This document shows positions 45,725 through 55,401 of a DNA stretch of 64,000 bases, one piece after another (position 1 is the first letter of the stretch; every line of letters begins with the position of its first letter). A program made the position numbers and the translations under genes. The stretch spans positions 1-64,000 of the forward strand of contig JAHQWL010000055.1 in the NCBI GenBank assembly GCA_029856155.1, given 5' to 3'. The notes under the pieces were generated by a model that was given only the letters and a program-made list of their open reading frames with translations, was not told the DNA's origin and did not search any database. Source of the stretch: Promethearchaeia archaeon (GTDB taxonomy: Archaea > Asgardarchaeota > Lokiarchaeia > Sigyniarchaeales > SOKP01).

Positions 45725-47446
45725 GTGAATATTATGGCAGAAGAAAAGAAAATGATAAATGGTGGGGATGTTTTAATAAAATGCCTTCTAAAAGAAAATG
45801 TTAAATATTTATTTGGAATTCCTGGTGGACAATTTTTAAACATGTATGATGCAATATACCAATGGGGTAGGGAGCAAGGTATAGACACTGTTTTATTTAG
45901 ACATGAAGCAGCCGCCGCTCATGCAGCTGATGCTTGGGCAAGAGTAACAAACACTCCAGGTATCTGTTTTGGAACTGTCGGTCCTGGAGCAACAAATCTA
46001 ATATCAGGTGTTGGCGCTGCTTGGGCTGATAATATACCGGTTATTACAATTGTACCTCAAGTGAATTCAGAGTTTCAGGACTCGTTTACTTTGCAAGGCA
46101 GTCTTGATCAAATTACCATGTATAAACCAATTACAAAATATCAAAAAAGCATTCGAAAAATTAAAGAGATTCCAGATGCGGTTCATAAGGCATTTAGAGA
46201 AGCTCTAGGAGGTCGTCCTCAACCTGTTTTATTGGAGATCTTTGAAGATGCTTTTCTCGAAGAAATCGAAGAGGATGCATTACCTATTTTAAATACTGAA
46301 AATTACCGTTCAATTGAAAAACCCGCTATCAAAGATGAATTAATAGAAAAAGCACTTGATCTTTTATTAAAAGCAAAAAAGCCTATAATAGTATCAGGGG
46401 GTGGAGTCTCACGAACAGAAGGCTGGAATGAATTAGAAGAATTTGTTGACTATTTACAGTTACCTGTAATAACAACTGGTAGTGGAATGGGAACTATACC
46501 TGAAAAATCAAAATACCTATTGGGAGCTGGGGTTGCGGGTATGGGATTAAAAGTGATCCCAGAAGCAGACGTAATTGTCGCTTTAGGATGTAAATTTTCT
46601 TGGACAATGGCGCATGGTAAAGAACCCTTTTGGAAAGATTCTCAAACATTAATTCAAGTAGATATTGATCCTTCAATAATTGGACGTGCTAAACCAATAA
46701 CATTAGGTATTCAGGGTGATTGTAAACAATTTTTAAGGCAAATCCTTGAAAAAGCAAAAAAAAGAGAAAAAATAGAAAAAAGAGAATGGTTAGAACAACT
46801 CGTTCAGACTCGACAGAATAATATCGAAAAATTAAATAAAAAATTGTCTAAAGATAAAATACCTATTATGCCAAAAAGACTAATCAAAGATATTTTTGAA
46901 TCAATGGATAAAGACGCAATTTTGATACTTGATGGTGGAGATATTTCTGTTTCCGCAGCAGAACAAATATATGACTATAATACACGAAAACCACTCTCAA
47001 CTTTAGCGGCTACAGGTATGGGTCAATTGGGTACTGCTGTACCTTATGGAATTGGCGCAAAATTAGCAAAGCCAGATAAACAGGTAGTAGCAATAGCAGG
47101 TGATGGTGCATTTATGATTAATGTGCAAGATTTAGAAACCGCTGTAAGATTAAAGTTAAAAAATCTAGTATACGTAGTAGCAAATAATAGCTCTTGGGGT
47201 ATGATTAAATCTGGACAGAAACTTTTTAAAGGAAAACGTTATATTGACGTAGACCTTCCAGAATTTGACTATGCTAAATGCGCTGAAGGTTTTGGCTGTT
47301 ATGGGGAAGTTGTAACTGATCCTAATGAGATAAAACCAGCATTCGAAAGAGCAAAAAATTCTGGAAAACCCGCAGTTTTAGATGTAAAAATTGATTTCGA
47401 AACGCCTGACACAACAAAAATCATGGGTAGTATGGGAATTTTATAG
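45725..47446 (+). CDS. TPP-dependent enzyme, acetolactate synthase / 2-hydroxyacyl-CoA lyase family
   Basis: FGIPGG, RHE, GPGATN, DGGD, GDGAF..NN. Confidence 0.88.
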   Translation: MNIMAEEKKMINGGDVLIKCLLKENVKYLFGIPGGQFLNMYDAIYQWGREQGIDTVLFRHEAAAAHAADAWARVTNTPGICFGTVGPGATNLISGVGAAWADNIPVITIVPQVNSEFQDSFTLQGSLDQITMYKPITKYQKSIRKIKEIPDAVHKAFREALGGRPQPVLLEIFEDAFLEEIEEDALPILNTENYRSIEKPAIKDELIEKALDLLLKAKKPIIVSGGGVSRTEGWNELEEFVDYLQLPVITTGSGMGTIPEKSKYLLGAGVAGMGLKVIPEADVIVALGCKFSWTMAHGKEPFWKDSQTLIQVDIDPSIIGRAKPITLGIQGDCKQFLRQILEKAKKREKIEKREWLEQLVQTRQNNIEKLNKKLSKDKIPIMPKRLIKDIFESMDKDAILILDGGDISVSAAEQIYDYNTRKPLSTLAATGMGQLGTAVPYGIGAKLAKPDKQVVAIAGDGAFMINVQDLETAVRLKLKNLVYVVANNSSWGMIKSGQKLFKGKRYIDVDLPEFDYAKCAEGFGCYGEVVTDPNEIKPAFERAKNSGKPAVLDVKIDFETPDTTKIMGSMGIL

Positions 47447-47535
47447 TAGTCGGTATCCATTGAAATATTAATTTTTTTTCCTTTGTTTATTCAAAATTAA
47501 AAAAACTTAAGTGAAATAAGTTCGAAGTTCCTATC

Positions 47536-48744
47536 ATGAAAGCTATAACAATACAAATTGAAAAATTTCTTGAACTATTAAATAAAAAATTATCAGATCC
47601 TAATTTTAAACCTAAAATTTATGAATTGGTGGAATTAGAGGAAATTCCTGAACCAGAATTAATAAATGAAAATTGGGTAAAAATTAAGGTAAAATTGGGT
47701 GGTATATGTGGCACTGATATCCATATCTTAGAAGTTGATCAATCTACTTACCAACTTAATTTTGTTTCAGGTCCTACAGTTCCTGGCCATGAAATTGTGG
47801 GTACAATTACAGAAGTAGGTGCGAATGTAAAAAGGCTTTCTATTGGAGATCGAGTATTAATTGACGAGGTTCTTAGTTGTGAAACGAGGAGTCTTGAATT
47901 ATGTGATGCTTGTAAAGATGGAAACTTTAACTTATGTTATAATTTCGATAAAGGTGATATTGCTCCTGGATTTATGATCGGTTTATGCAAAGATACTGGT
48001 GGAGGATGGGGAGAATACCTAGTCACCCATCAAAGTCAAATTATAAAAGTTCCAGATTCGGTTTCTTTTGAAGATGCATTAATTGCTGAGCCTTTAGCTG
48101 GTTCAATCCATGGCGTTCTAAAAAATATACCTAAAAATGATGAGAATGTTGTTGTAGTAGGTTGTGGAGTTATGGGATTGTCCACTATTTTAGCACTGAA
48201 AGTATTCTCTAAGTGTAAAATTATTGCTCTAGATACAAGGCAATCCCAACTTGATATTGCAACAAAATTGGGTGTTGATGAAGTTTTTTTAGCAAGTAAA
48301 AGCACATTTATAAGAAAAATTGCCAGGAAATTGGGAGCAAGGACAGTATCACCGCCATTACAAGATCCTCTACTTGTTGGAGGTGGAGCTGATATTGTTT
48401 TTGATTGTGTAGGTAATAGATCATCATTAACAACTAGTCTCAGATTATTAAAACCAAAAGGAACTCTTATGTTAATAGGACAACCGGCAAATCTAGAATT
48501 AGATTGGACACCCTTATTTGTCAAAGAAATAACTCTCATTGCATCAAATACTTTTGGTTCCGAAATTGTTGATGGTAATAAAAAGCGAACTTTGCAAATT
48601 GCTTTAGATTTAATATCATCTGGTCAAGTCGATGTGAGCGATTTCATTACTCATAGATTTTCCTTGGAAAAATATAAAGACGCATTAGAAGTAGCCTCTA
48701 ATAAAAGTGAACATGGCTCACTTAAAGTAGTTTTTGAATTCTAA
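47536..48744 (+). CDS. Zn-dependent alcohol dehydrogenase (MDR)
   Basis: GICGTD, GHE, structural-Zn cysteines, EP, GCGVMG. Confidence 0.9.
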   Translation: MKAITIQIEKFLELLNKKLSDPNFKPKIYELVELEEIPEPELINENWVKIKVKLGGICGTDIHILEVDQSTYQLNFVSGPTVPGHEIVGTITEVGANVKRLSIGDRVLIDEVLSCETRSLELCDACKDGNFNLCYNFDKGDIAPGFMIGLCKDTGGGWGEYLVTHQSQIIKVPDSVSFEDALIAEPLAGSIHGVLKNIPKNDENVVVVGCGVMGLSTILALKVFSKCKIIALDTRQSQLDIATKLGVDEVFLASKSTFIRKIARKLGARTVSPPLQDPLLVGGGADIVFDCVGNRSSLTTSLRLLKPKGTLMLIGQPANLELDWTPLFVKEITLIASNTFGSEIVDGNKKRTLQIALDLISSGQVDVSDFITHRFSLEKYKDALEVASNKSEHGSLKVVFEF

Positions 48745-48860
48745 TAATTTTTTAAATTCACTTTTAATATTTTATTTTTTTGAATAAAACTATATTAAGA
48801 ATTTGGATTATTACTAATTATAGTTAAAATTTCTTAACTAAAGAAGGGAGTGGTCTTAAT

Positions 48861-50141
48861 ATGGAAAATAAAAAAGGAGAAGTTCAATGTATTAATGATG
48901 ATATTTTAGAGAAAATGAGTCTACAAAATCGCTACAATTTTCTGAATAATAATTTGATGAGCATTCTAAAACCCAAGCACTTTAACTTTCTCAGGAAAGC
49001 GCAAAAATTCTTCGTTAGATTTGAAAAAAAACATAATATTACCCATAATGAAGATTTATATGAGTGGATTCCTGAGATTGGTGAAGCAGGCTTAGTAACA
49101 AGAATTAATAAGTTTGATGAGTTGGATTTAAATTATGACCCATATGGTATGACTGCTGAATTTATGCGTTGCCTAGCAGTTGATTTTTTTGATCCACAAT
49201 TAATTATGGGGATGGGTGCAAGTGTATTAACTGTGAATCCTCTAATGCTTCATCATGAAGATGTTGATGTTCGGTTGAAAGCTCTAAAAGAATTAGTACT
49301 TGGAGAAAAAATAGGATGTATATGTATAACTGAACCAGAACGTGGATCTGATGCGGTTCATATGCTTACAACTTGCGCTGAAAACGAGGATGGTAGTTTC
49401 ACTTTAAATGGTGAAAAAATATATCAAACTAATGGTGCTAGAGCAGATTGGGCGATAGTTTATGCTGTTTCAGAAAAGAACAATGGGAATACAATGGCTC
49501 AATTTTTAGTGGATACATCATGGGAGGGGTGGAATGTAGAAAGAATTAACATCCCTTGGACACCACGAGTGTATATAGGCAAAGAAACTTTCACTAATTT
49601 AAGAGTTCCCCCAGAGTATGTTTTAGCAAAACCGGGTTTAGGGAGGGAGTATCTTTTTGAAGGATTAAATATTGAAAGATTAGGAATAGTACTTGCAAAT
49701 GTAGCAGAATGTTGGAATGCGATCTCCCATGCCACTATTTATGCAAACATGAGAAAACAGTTTGATCAGGAAATTTTGAAATATCAAGGAGTTGGCTTTC
49801 CTTTAGGAGAAATGTGGGCAAAAACAATGAGTTTAACATTAGCGACTTTGCATATTTGTCAGATTCTTGATGAAAAAATTGAGCAATTTGGTACTCTTCC
49901 AAAAAACTTTAATTTAGCCCTTGTTGCTACTGCTTCACAGTTGAAATTACAAAGTGCAAAACTGTCAGAACAAATATGTTTCGGATGTGCAGACTTAATG
50001 GGTGGAGCTGGCTTATGTGACAATACTTTAATGAGTGATTTAATCGGGATTTCAAGAATAGCTCAAGTTGGGGGAGGAACATCGCAAATTCAAAAATATA
50101 TAATGAGTTACGCCTTAAGGCAGCTATTTAAAATGTTATAA
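48861..50141 (+). CDS. acyl-CoA dehydrogenase family protein
   Basis: ITEPERGSD, LNGEKIYQTNG, RKQF, MGGAG, GGGTSQIQ. Confidence 0.9.
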   Translation: MENKKGEVQCINDDILEKMSLQNRYNFLNNNLMSILKPKHFNFLRKAQKFFVRFEKKHNITHNEDLYEWIPEIGEAGLVTRINKFDELDLNYDPYGMTAEFMRCLAVDFFDPQLIMGMGASVLTVNPLMLHHEDVDVRLKALKELVLGEKIGCICITEPERGSDAVHMLTTCAENEDGSFTLNGEKIYQTNGARADWAIVYAVSEKNNGNTMAQFLVDTSWEGWNVERINIPWTPRVYIGKETFTNLRVPPEYVLAKPGLGREYLFEGLNIERLGIVLANVAECWNAISHATIYANMRKQFDQEILKYQGVGFPLGEMWAKTMSLTLATLHICQILDEKIEQFGTLPKNFNLALVATASQLKLQSAKLSEQICFGCADLMGGAGLCDNTLMSDLIGISRIAQVGGGTSQIQKYIMSYALRQLFKML

Positions 50142-50152
50142 TATATACAGAA

Positions 50153-50173
50153 TTTTTTTTTTTAATTTTTTTT
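50153..50173 (+). terminator. archaeal-type oligo-T tract
   Basis: T11-AA-T8 just after the acyl-CoA dehydrogenase stop. Confidence 0.35.
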
Positions 50174-50190
50174 ATAAATTTATAGAATAG

Positions 50191-51024
50191 ATGGATTTCA
50201 AAATGAAAATTGAAGATTTGACTGAAGTTATTTACGAAAAAGAAGAAAATGGGATCTGTACTCTAACTTTTCATACTCCTGAAAGAAGAAATGCTCTATC
50301 TTATATCACCTCCTTAGAAATTTGGACTGTTCTTGATGATATGGAAAAAGATGAGAATGCTAAAGTGCTAATAATGACTGGTTGTGAAGAAGCTAATGCT
50401 TTTTCCTCAGGAGGATATTTCAATATGAAATATGTAACATCTATTCCTCCAGAAATAATGAAAGAAATCGATCTAATGGATATTGCCCAAAAAAGGTTAT
50501 GTATGAAATTTTGGAATTTTAATAAACCAATTATTGCTGCTATTAATGGGTTAGCTGTAGGTATTGGAATTACATTGCCTTTAGTTGGTGCTGATTTAAT
50601 TTATATTTCAGAAGATGCTTGGTTAGGATTTTATTTTGTAAAACGAGCAATAATTCCAGAATTTAGCTCAACTTTTATTCTTCCATTTTTAATTGGTTTC
50701 CAAAAAGCAAAAGAAATTATATATTTTGGTGATAAAATAACTGCTCGTGAAGCAGAAAAACTTGGATTAGTTAATAAAGTATTAGCTCATGAAGATCTGA
50801 TGCCTTATGTAAGAAAACAAGCCTTTTGCTTAGTTCCCCCTCAAGCCCCTTCAATGGCTCTCAATCGAATGAAAAAAGTAATGCATGATTATTTTAAGGA
50901 TATTTTATCAAGAACATTGGATTTAGAAAATGAAGCTCTTAGAGAGTCTATGAAAACTAGCGATTTTAGAGCAGCAACAAAATCATTAATAACTAAAAAA
51001 GACCCAGTTTTTAAAGGAAAGTAA
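50191..51024 (+). CDS. enoyl-CoA hydratase/isomerase family
   Basis: PERRNAL, AFSSGG, KPIIAAINGLAVGIG, IIPE. Confidence 0.88.
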   Translation: MDFKMKIEDLTEVIYEKEENGICTLTFHTPERRNALSYITSLEIWTVLDDMEKDENAKVLIMTGCEEANAFSSGGYFNMKYVTSIPPEIMKEIDLMDIAQKRLCMKFWNFNKPIIAAINGLAVGIGITLPLVGADLIYISEDAWLGFYFVKRAIIPEFSSTFILPFLIGFQKAKEIIYFGDKITAREAEKLGLVNKVLAHEDLMPYVRKQAFCLVPPQAPSMALNRMKKVMHDYFKDILSRTLDLENEALRESMKTSDFRAATKSLITKKDPVFKGK

Positions 51025-51127
51025 AAGATCTCAAATTTGAAAATCATCGAAATTCTTATTAAAAGTGTTTTATATTAATAATTTTATTTTAAAAATATTA
51101 TAATTACTGTTAAAAAAAGTTGATATT

Positions 51128-52810
51128 ATGAGTTCTAACAGTAAATTCGTATTTGTGACGGGAGGTGTCATGAGTGGAATTGGTAAAGGCGTTGCAACAG
51201 CAAGTATTGGTAAAGTACTTCAGTTCCGTGGCTTTAAAGTGTCAGTCGTCAAAATTGATCCATATTTAAATGTTGATCCTGGAACTTTAAATCCTGTTGA
51301 GCATGGTGAGTGTTTTATTACTGAAGATGTTTGGGATTTTAGACCGGTGCATGGATCTGATGAAAGATCGTATAGGATTTCTGAAATTGATCAAGATTTT
51401 GGAACTTATTCGAGAATATTAGGAATTGAGATGCACCCATCACATAATATAACATCCGGTCAAATATATCTTTCTACCATCCTTAGCGAAAGAAAAGGGA
51501 AATTCTTAGGGAAAACTGTTCAGATAATCCCCCATGTGACAAATATAATTAAAGAAAGATTAATGGAAATTGCAGAAAAAGAAGATTTAGATGTTCTATT
51601 AATTGAGTGTGGAGGGACAGTAGGAGATTTGGAGTCAAGCATATTTTTAGAAGCATTTCGACAATTAAAATTAGAGAATCCTAAACGTACTGCATTTGTT
51701 CATGTAACGCTTATCCCTTATTCTAAAGCAGTGGGACAACAAAAATCTAAACCCACTCAACATTCTGTTAAAATGCTTCAAAGTTTAGGATTACAACCAG
51801 ATATAATTATTGGGAGAAGTGAAAAACCTTTAGATAAAGACATTAAGAGAAAAATATCATTGTTCTCTAATGTACCAGAAAACGCTGTAATTTCAAATCC
51901 TGATTTAGAAATTGTGTATGAATTGCCTTTATTATTCGAGGAACAGGGATTAGGAGATCTGATTTGCGAACTCATAGATTTGAAAGCTAAATTAGTAGTT
52001 TATAGTGAAGTGAGTAATTACTCTGAGTGGGTGAAAATGGTTGAATTATTCAAAAAAGCTAAAAAGACAGTGAAGATTGCTATGCCTGGCAAATATTTTA
52101 ACATTTCAGATTCATACATATCTATTAATGTGGCTTTAGAAGACGCTGCTGCTCATTTAGGATATAAGACAGAACTTAAAATGATTAACATTGAAGAAAA
52201 CACAGATTTTAGTGATCAATTGATAGATTGTGATGGAATTTTGCTTACACCCGGATTTGGTGAAAGAGCAGTAGAGGGAATGATAAAATCAGCAGAATAT
52301 GCTATGGAAAATAAAGTACCATTTCTAGGGATTTGCTTTGGAGCTCAATTATTTTTTGTAGCCTTTTGTAGAAAGTTTCTCGGTTTAAAAAATGCTAATT
52401 CAACTGAAATTGCTCCCAATACACCATATCCAGTCGTAGATATTTTAGAAACTCAGAAAGAAGTCACTGAAAAAGGTGGTACAATGAGGTTAGGTGCTCA
52501 AAAAATAATAGTTGAAAAGAACACTCGGCTTTATGAAGCATATAAACAAAAAGAAATATATGAACGATATCGACACAGATTTCACATTCAAGAAAGATTT
52601 ATAACAACTGAAGCAAAAGAAAAAGGTTTGCGAGTATCTAGCCGAGATGAAACAGGAACTATTATTAATAGTATAGAATTAGATAGAAAAGATCATTGGA
52701 TGGTTGGTACACAATTTCACCCTGAATTTAAATCTAGACCGTATAATCCTTCTCCATTATATTTAGATTTTATTAAAGAATGCGTTAAAAATAAAGGGTC
52801 CAAAGGATAA
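51128..52810 (+). CDS. pyrG: CTP synthase
   Basis: TGGVMSGIGKG, KIDPYLNVDPGT, TVQIIPH, ECGGTVGD, KPTQHS, GICFG, GGTMRLG, QFHPEF. Confidence 0.96.
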   Translation: MSSNSKFVFVTGGVMSGIGKGVATASIGKVLQFRGFKVSVVKIDPYLNVDPGTLNPVEHGECFITEDVWDFRPVHGSDERSYRISEIDQDFGTYSRILGIEMHPSHNITSGQIYLSTILSERKGKFLGKTVQIIPHVTNIIKERLMEIAEKEDLDVLLIECGGTVGDLESSIFLEAFRQLKLENPKRTAFVHVTLIPYSKAVGQQKSKPTQHSVKMLQSLGLQPDIIIGRSEKPLDKDIKRKISLFSNVPENAVISNPDLEIVYELPLLFEEQGLGDLICELIDLKAKLVVYSEVSNYSEWVKMVELFKKAKKTVKIAMPGKYFNISDSYISINVALEDAAAHLGYKTELKMINIEENTDFSDQLIDCDGILLTPGFGERAVEGMIKSAEYAMENKVPFLGICFGAQLFFVAFCRKFLGLKNANSTEIAPNTPYPVVDILETQKEVTEKGGTMRLGAQKIIVEKNTRLYEAYKQKEIYERYRHRFHIQERFITTEAKEKGLRVSSRDETGTIINSIELDRKDHWMVGTQFHPEFKSRPYNPSPLYLDFIKECVKNKGSKG

Positions 52811-52839
52811 TTACATTGGCTCCCAACTTTTTATATATT

Positions 52840-53496
52840 CTAATCTTTTCCTATGGGACAACATTCGATACAGATATTACACCATAACACTGTATTATCT
52901 GATAGTTTCTTCAAATTTGCTAGACAATATGCTAAACAAACATCCTTATTATATTTCCCTTCTGAAAAAGCATTAGCAGGGCAAGCTTCAACACAAATGT
53001 CACAATCAATGCAATAATTGCTTTCATAAATTGGATTCCCTTTTAATAACGGTGCATCGGTTGCTAAAGCCCTTAATCTCACTTGTGAACCATATTTTGC
53101 TGTTATTAGCAAATTATTTTTTCCAATTGGACCTATACCTGCTAATGCTGCTGCTTCCTTTAGAAAAAGACCAGGTTTATATGGAATAATTTTTGATTTA
53201 AAACCATTTTTTGCTAAAAAGTTTTTAATTTTATGACATTGATTAACGAGGATCGAATCAGCATAGTGATAATTCACATTTTTATTCTCATCTTTACTCC
53301 ATGCATCGAGAAGTAAATCGTATAAATGAAGTCCAATAATTACAACTGATTTCGTTTTTTCTAAAAATGAAGAAGGTCTATTATCTAACTGATATTTATC
53401 AAAGAATTCTGGATTTGCAAAACCCACTAAATCAATACCAATATTATCACAATAATTTATTAACTCTATTGTAAGATTTTCATTTTTAATCAACAT
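52840..53496 (-). CDS. QueG-like (epoxyqueuosine reductase / reductive dehalogenase-fold) Fe-S protein
   Basis: GIDLVGFA, KEAAALAGIG.IGKNNL..YGS..RL, CIDCDICVEACP, CNICIECCP. Confidence 0.8.
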   Translation of the reverse strand: MLIKNENLTIELINYCDNIGIDLVGFANPEFFDKYQLDNRPSSFLEKTKSVVIIGLHLYDLLLDAWSKDENKNVNYHYADSILVNQCHKIKNFLAKNGFKSKIIPYKPGLFLKEAAALAGIGPIGKNNLLITAKYGSQVRLRALATDAPLLKGNPIYESNYCIDCDICVEACPANAFSEGKYNKDVCLAYCLANLKKLSDNTVLWCNICIECCPIGKD

Positions 53497-53587
53497 TTAT
53501 TCAACTCTAATAATGAATTCAGATATTAAATTTAATATTTCAAATCCTTTTTGATTAAGTAAAGATAAAAGATAGAACTAGAATAAT

Positions 53588-55237
53588 TTATTTTATTCCA
53601 AGTCTCTTTTTTTCTTGTGCAATTAATTCCCTGCGTAATATTTTACCTGAACCCGATTTTGGAATGTCATCAACAAATTCAACCTCACGGATCTTCTTAT
53701 AAGCAGATATCCTTTCAGTAATCCAATCCATAATTTCTTGCTCTGTCACCTTTCCTTTAGACTCTGGTTTTAAAATGATAAATGCTTTTGGGATTTGACC
53801 AACATCTAGTTCTGTAGATGGCTTACCAATAACAGCAGCATCAAATACATGTGGATTCTTAAAAATTAAGTCTTCAAGTTCAGCCGGTGCGATGCTCCAA
53901 CCTTTATATTTTATCATTTCTTTGATGCGGTCGAGAAGATGCTCATACTCTTCATCGTCTATATAGGCCATGTCACCAGTTCTAAGCCATTTTTCTCCTG
54001 TTTTGGGATCAATCCAAAATGCTTCCTCAGTAGCTTCGCGTCTTTTCCAATAACCTTTCATAACCTGAGGTCCCTTAATAACCAATTCACCAGTTTGACC
54101 ACGTTCAGGTAACTCTTTACCTGTCTCTAAATCAATTATTTTATGAAATGTATCTGAAAGTAGAGTGCCTTGAGATTCCATTTTACGGCGATACATTGGA
54201 TTTACAGCTACAACCGGAGAAGCTTCAGTTAAACCCCAACCGTGTTGGATAGTTGCTTCTTTAGCATTGCATTTCTCCTTTGCGAGTTTATCAAATCTTT
54301 CAAGAAGTTCAAGAGGGATTGGTGCGGCCCCATTATTAAAGATTTTTAAATTTGCCCAATCGTATCCTTTTATATTAGGGTCTTCGAGATGTCTAACTAC
54401 ATCAAGAAATATTGGGGGTACGCAAAGACTATATGAAACTTGATATTTTTCAATAAGTTCGCAGAATTCTTTTACTTTAAATCGAGGGGTCACCACCTGT
54501 GCGGCACCTAACAATATTGCTTGATTCATTCCCACATTTAAACCATAAATGTGGTAAAGAGGGAGTACAATAATAGCAATGTCCAGTTCACTTAACTCAA
54601 AAGTTTGAGATACTTGAATTATATTTGATACAAGATTATAATGGGTGAGCATGGTTCCTTTTGGCAACCCTGTTGTTCCACTCGTATATACTAATGTTGC
54701 AAGATCATTTTTTACGTTGAATTCGCATTCTGGGGGATCTGGTTTTGTTTTTGCCATTATATCTGACCATCCAATAGTTCCATTTGGTATGTCTGGTTTT
54801 TCTTCTGATTCTATGACTATAATGTTTTTAAGATTTGTTCTATCTTTAACTACTGCTACATATGGATATTCAGATTGGGAAACAATGATATTCTCAGCTT
54901 CAGAGTCATTTAGTTCATATTCTACCTCCGTTTCTTTAAATTGTGGATTCATAGGGACTAAAATAGCTCCTGCTTTTTCTAATCCATAAAAAGAAATTTC
55001 CCATTGGATTGAATTTGGACCATATAAAGCCACTCTATCTCCCTTTTTTACTCCTAAATTTTTCATTACTGTAGCAAATATATCAACTTGTTCTTGAAAG
55101 TGTTTGAAGGTAATTTTCTTAGGGTATAGGAAGGCAGGTCTATCTGGAAATCTTTTGGCTGTGTCTTCTAAAACTTTATGAATAGGAATTTCAGGATAAT
55201 AAAGATGGCCTCTTTTGAATTTAACCACTATTTTCAC
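53588..55237 (-). CDS. long-chain fatty acid/acyl-CoA ligase (AMP-forming)
   Basis: YTSGTTGLPKG, GWGLTE, GPQVMKGYW, RTGD, PKSGSGKILRR. Confidence 0.92.
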   Translation of the reverse strand: MKIVVKFKRGHLYYPEIPIHKVLEDTAKRFPDRPAFLYPKKITFKHFQEQVDIFATVMKNLGVKKGDRVALYGPNSIQWEISFYGLEKAGAILVPMNPQFKETEVEYELNDSEAENIIVSQSEYPYVAVVKDRTNLKNIIVIESEEKPDIPNGTIGWSDIMAKTKPDPPECEFNVKNDLATLVYTSGTTGLPKGTMLTHYNLVSNIIQVSQTFELSELDIAIIVLPLYHIYGLNVGMNQAILLGAAQVVTPRFKVKEFCELIEKYQVSYSLCVPPIFLDVVRHLEDPNIKGYDWANLKIFNNGAAPIPLELLERFDKLAKEKCNAKEATIQHGWGLTEASPVVAVNPMYRRKMESQGTLLSDTFHKIIDLETGKELPERGQTGELVIKGPQVMKGYWKRREATEEAFWIDPKTGEKWLRTGDMAYIDDEEYEHLLDRIKEMIKYKGWSIAPAELEDLIFKNPHVFDAAVIGKPSTELDVGQIPKAFIILKPESKGKVTEQEIMDWITERISAYKKIREVEFVDDIPKSGSGKILRRELIAQEKKRLGIK

Positions 55238-55401
55238 TTATTTAAATATTTTTTTAATAATTATATATAGTCTTCATTCAAATTTTAAATATATTAAGAT
55301 GAAATTTCATTATATATAGTAGTTTCTCAACAAGCAAAAATTTTTATGATATTATTCAAGCAAATTTAGATGATCAGAAAAAAAATCACTATTTATTATC
55401 T

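Noticed and set aside
52840-53496. Calling this gene queG or a reductive dehalogenase
   Set aside because: Short QueG-like fold only; archaea generally lack queuosine and no Tat signal or RdhB anchor is present.
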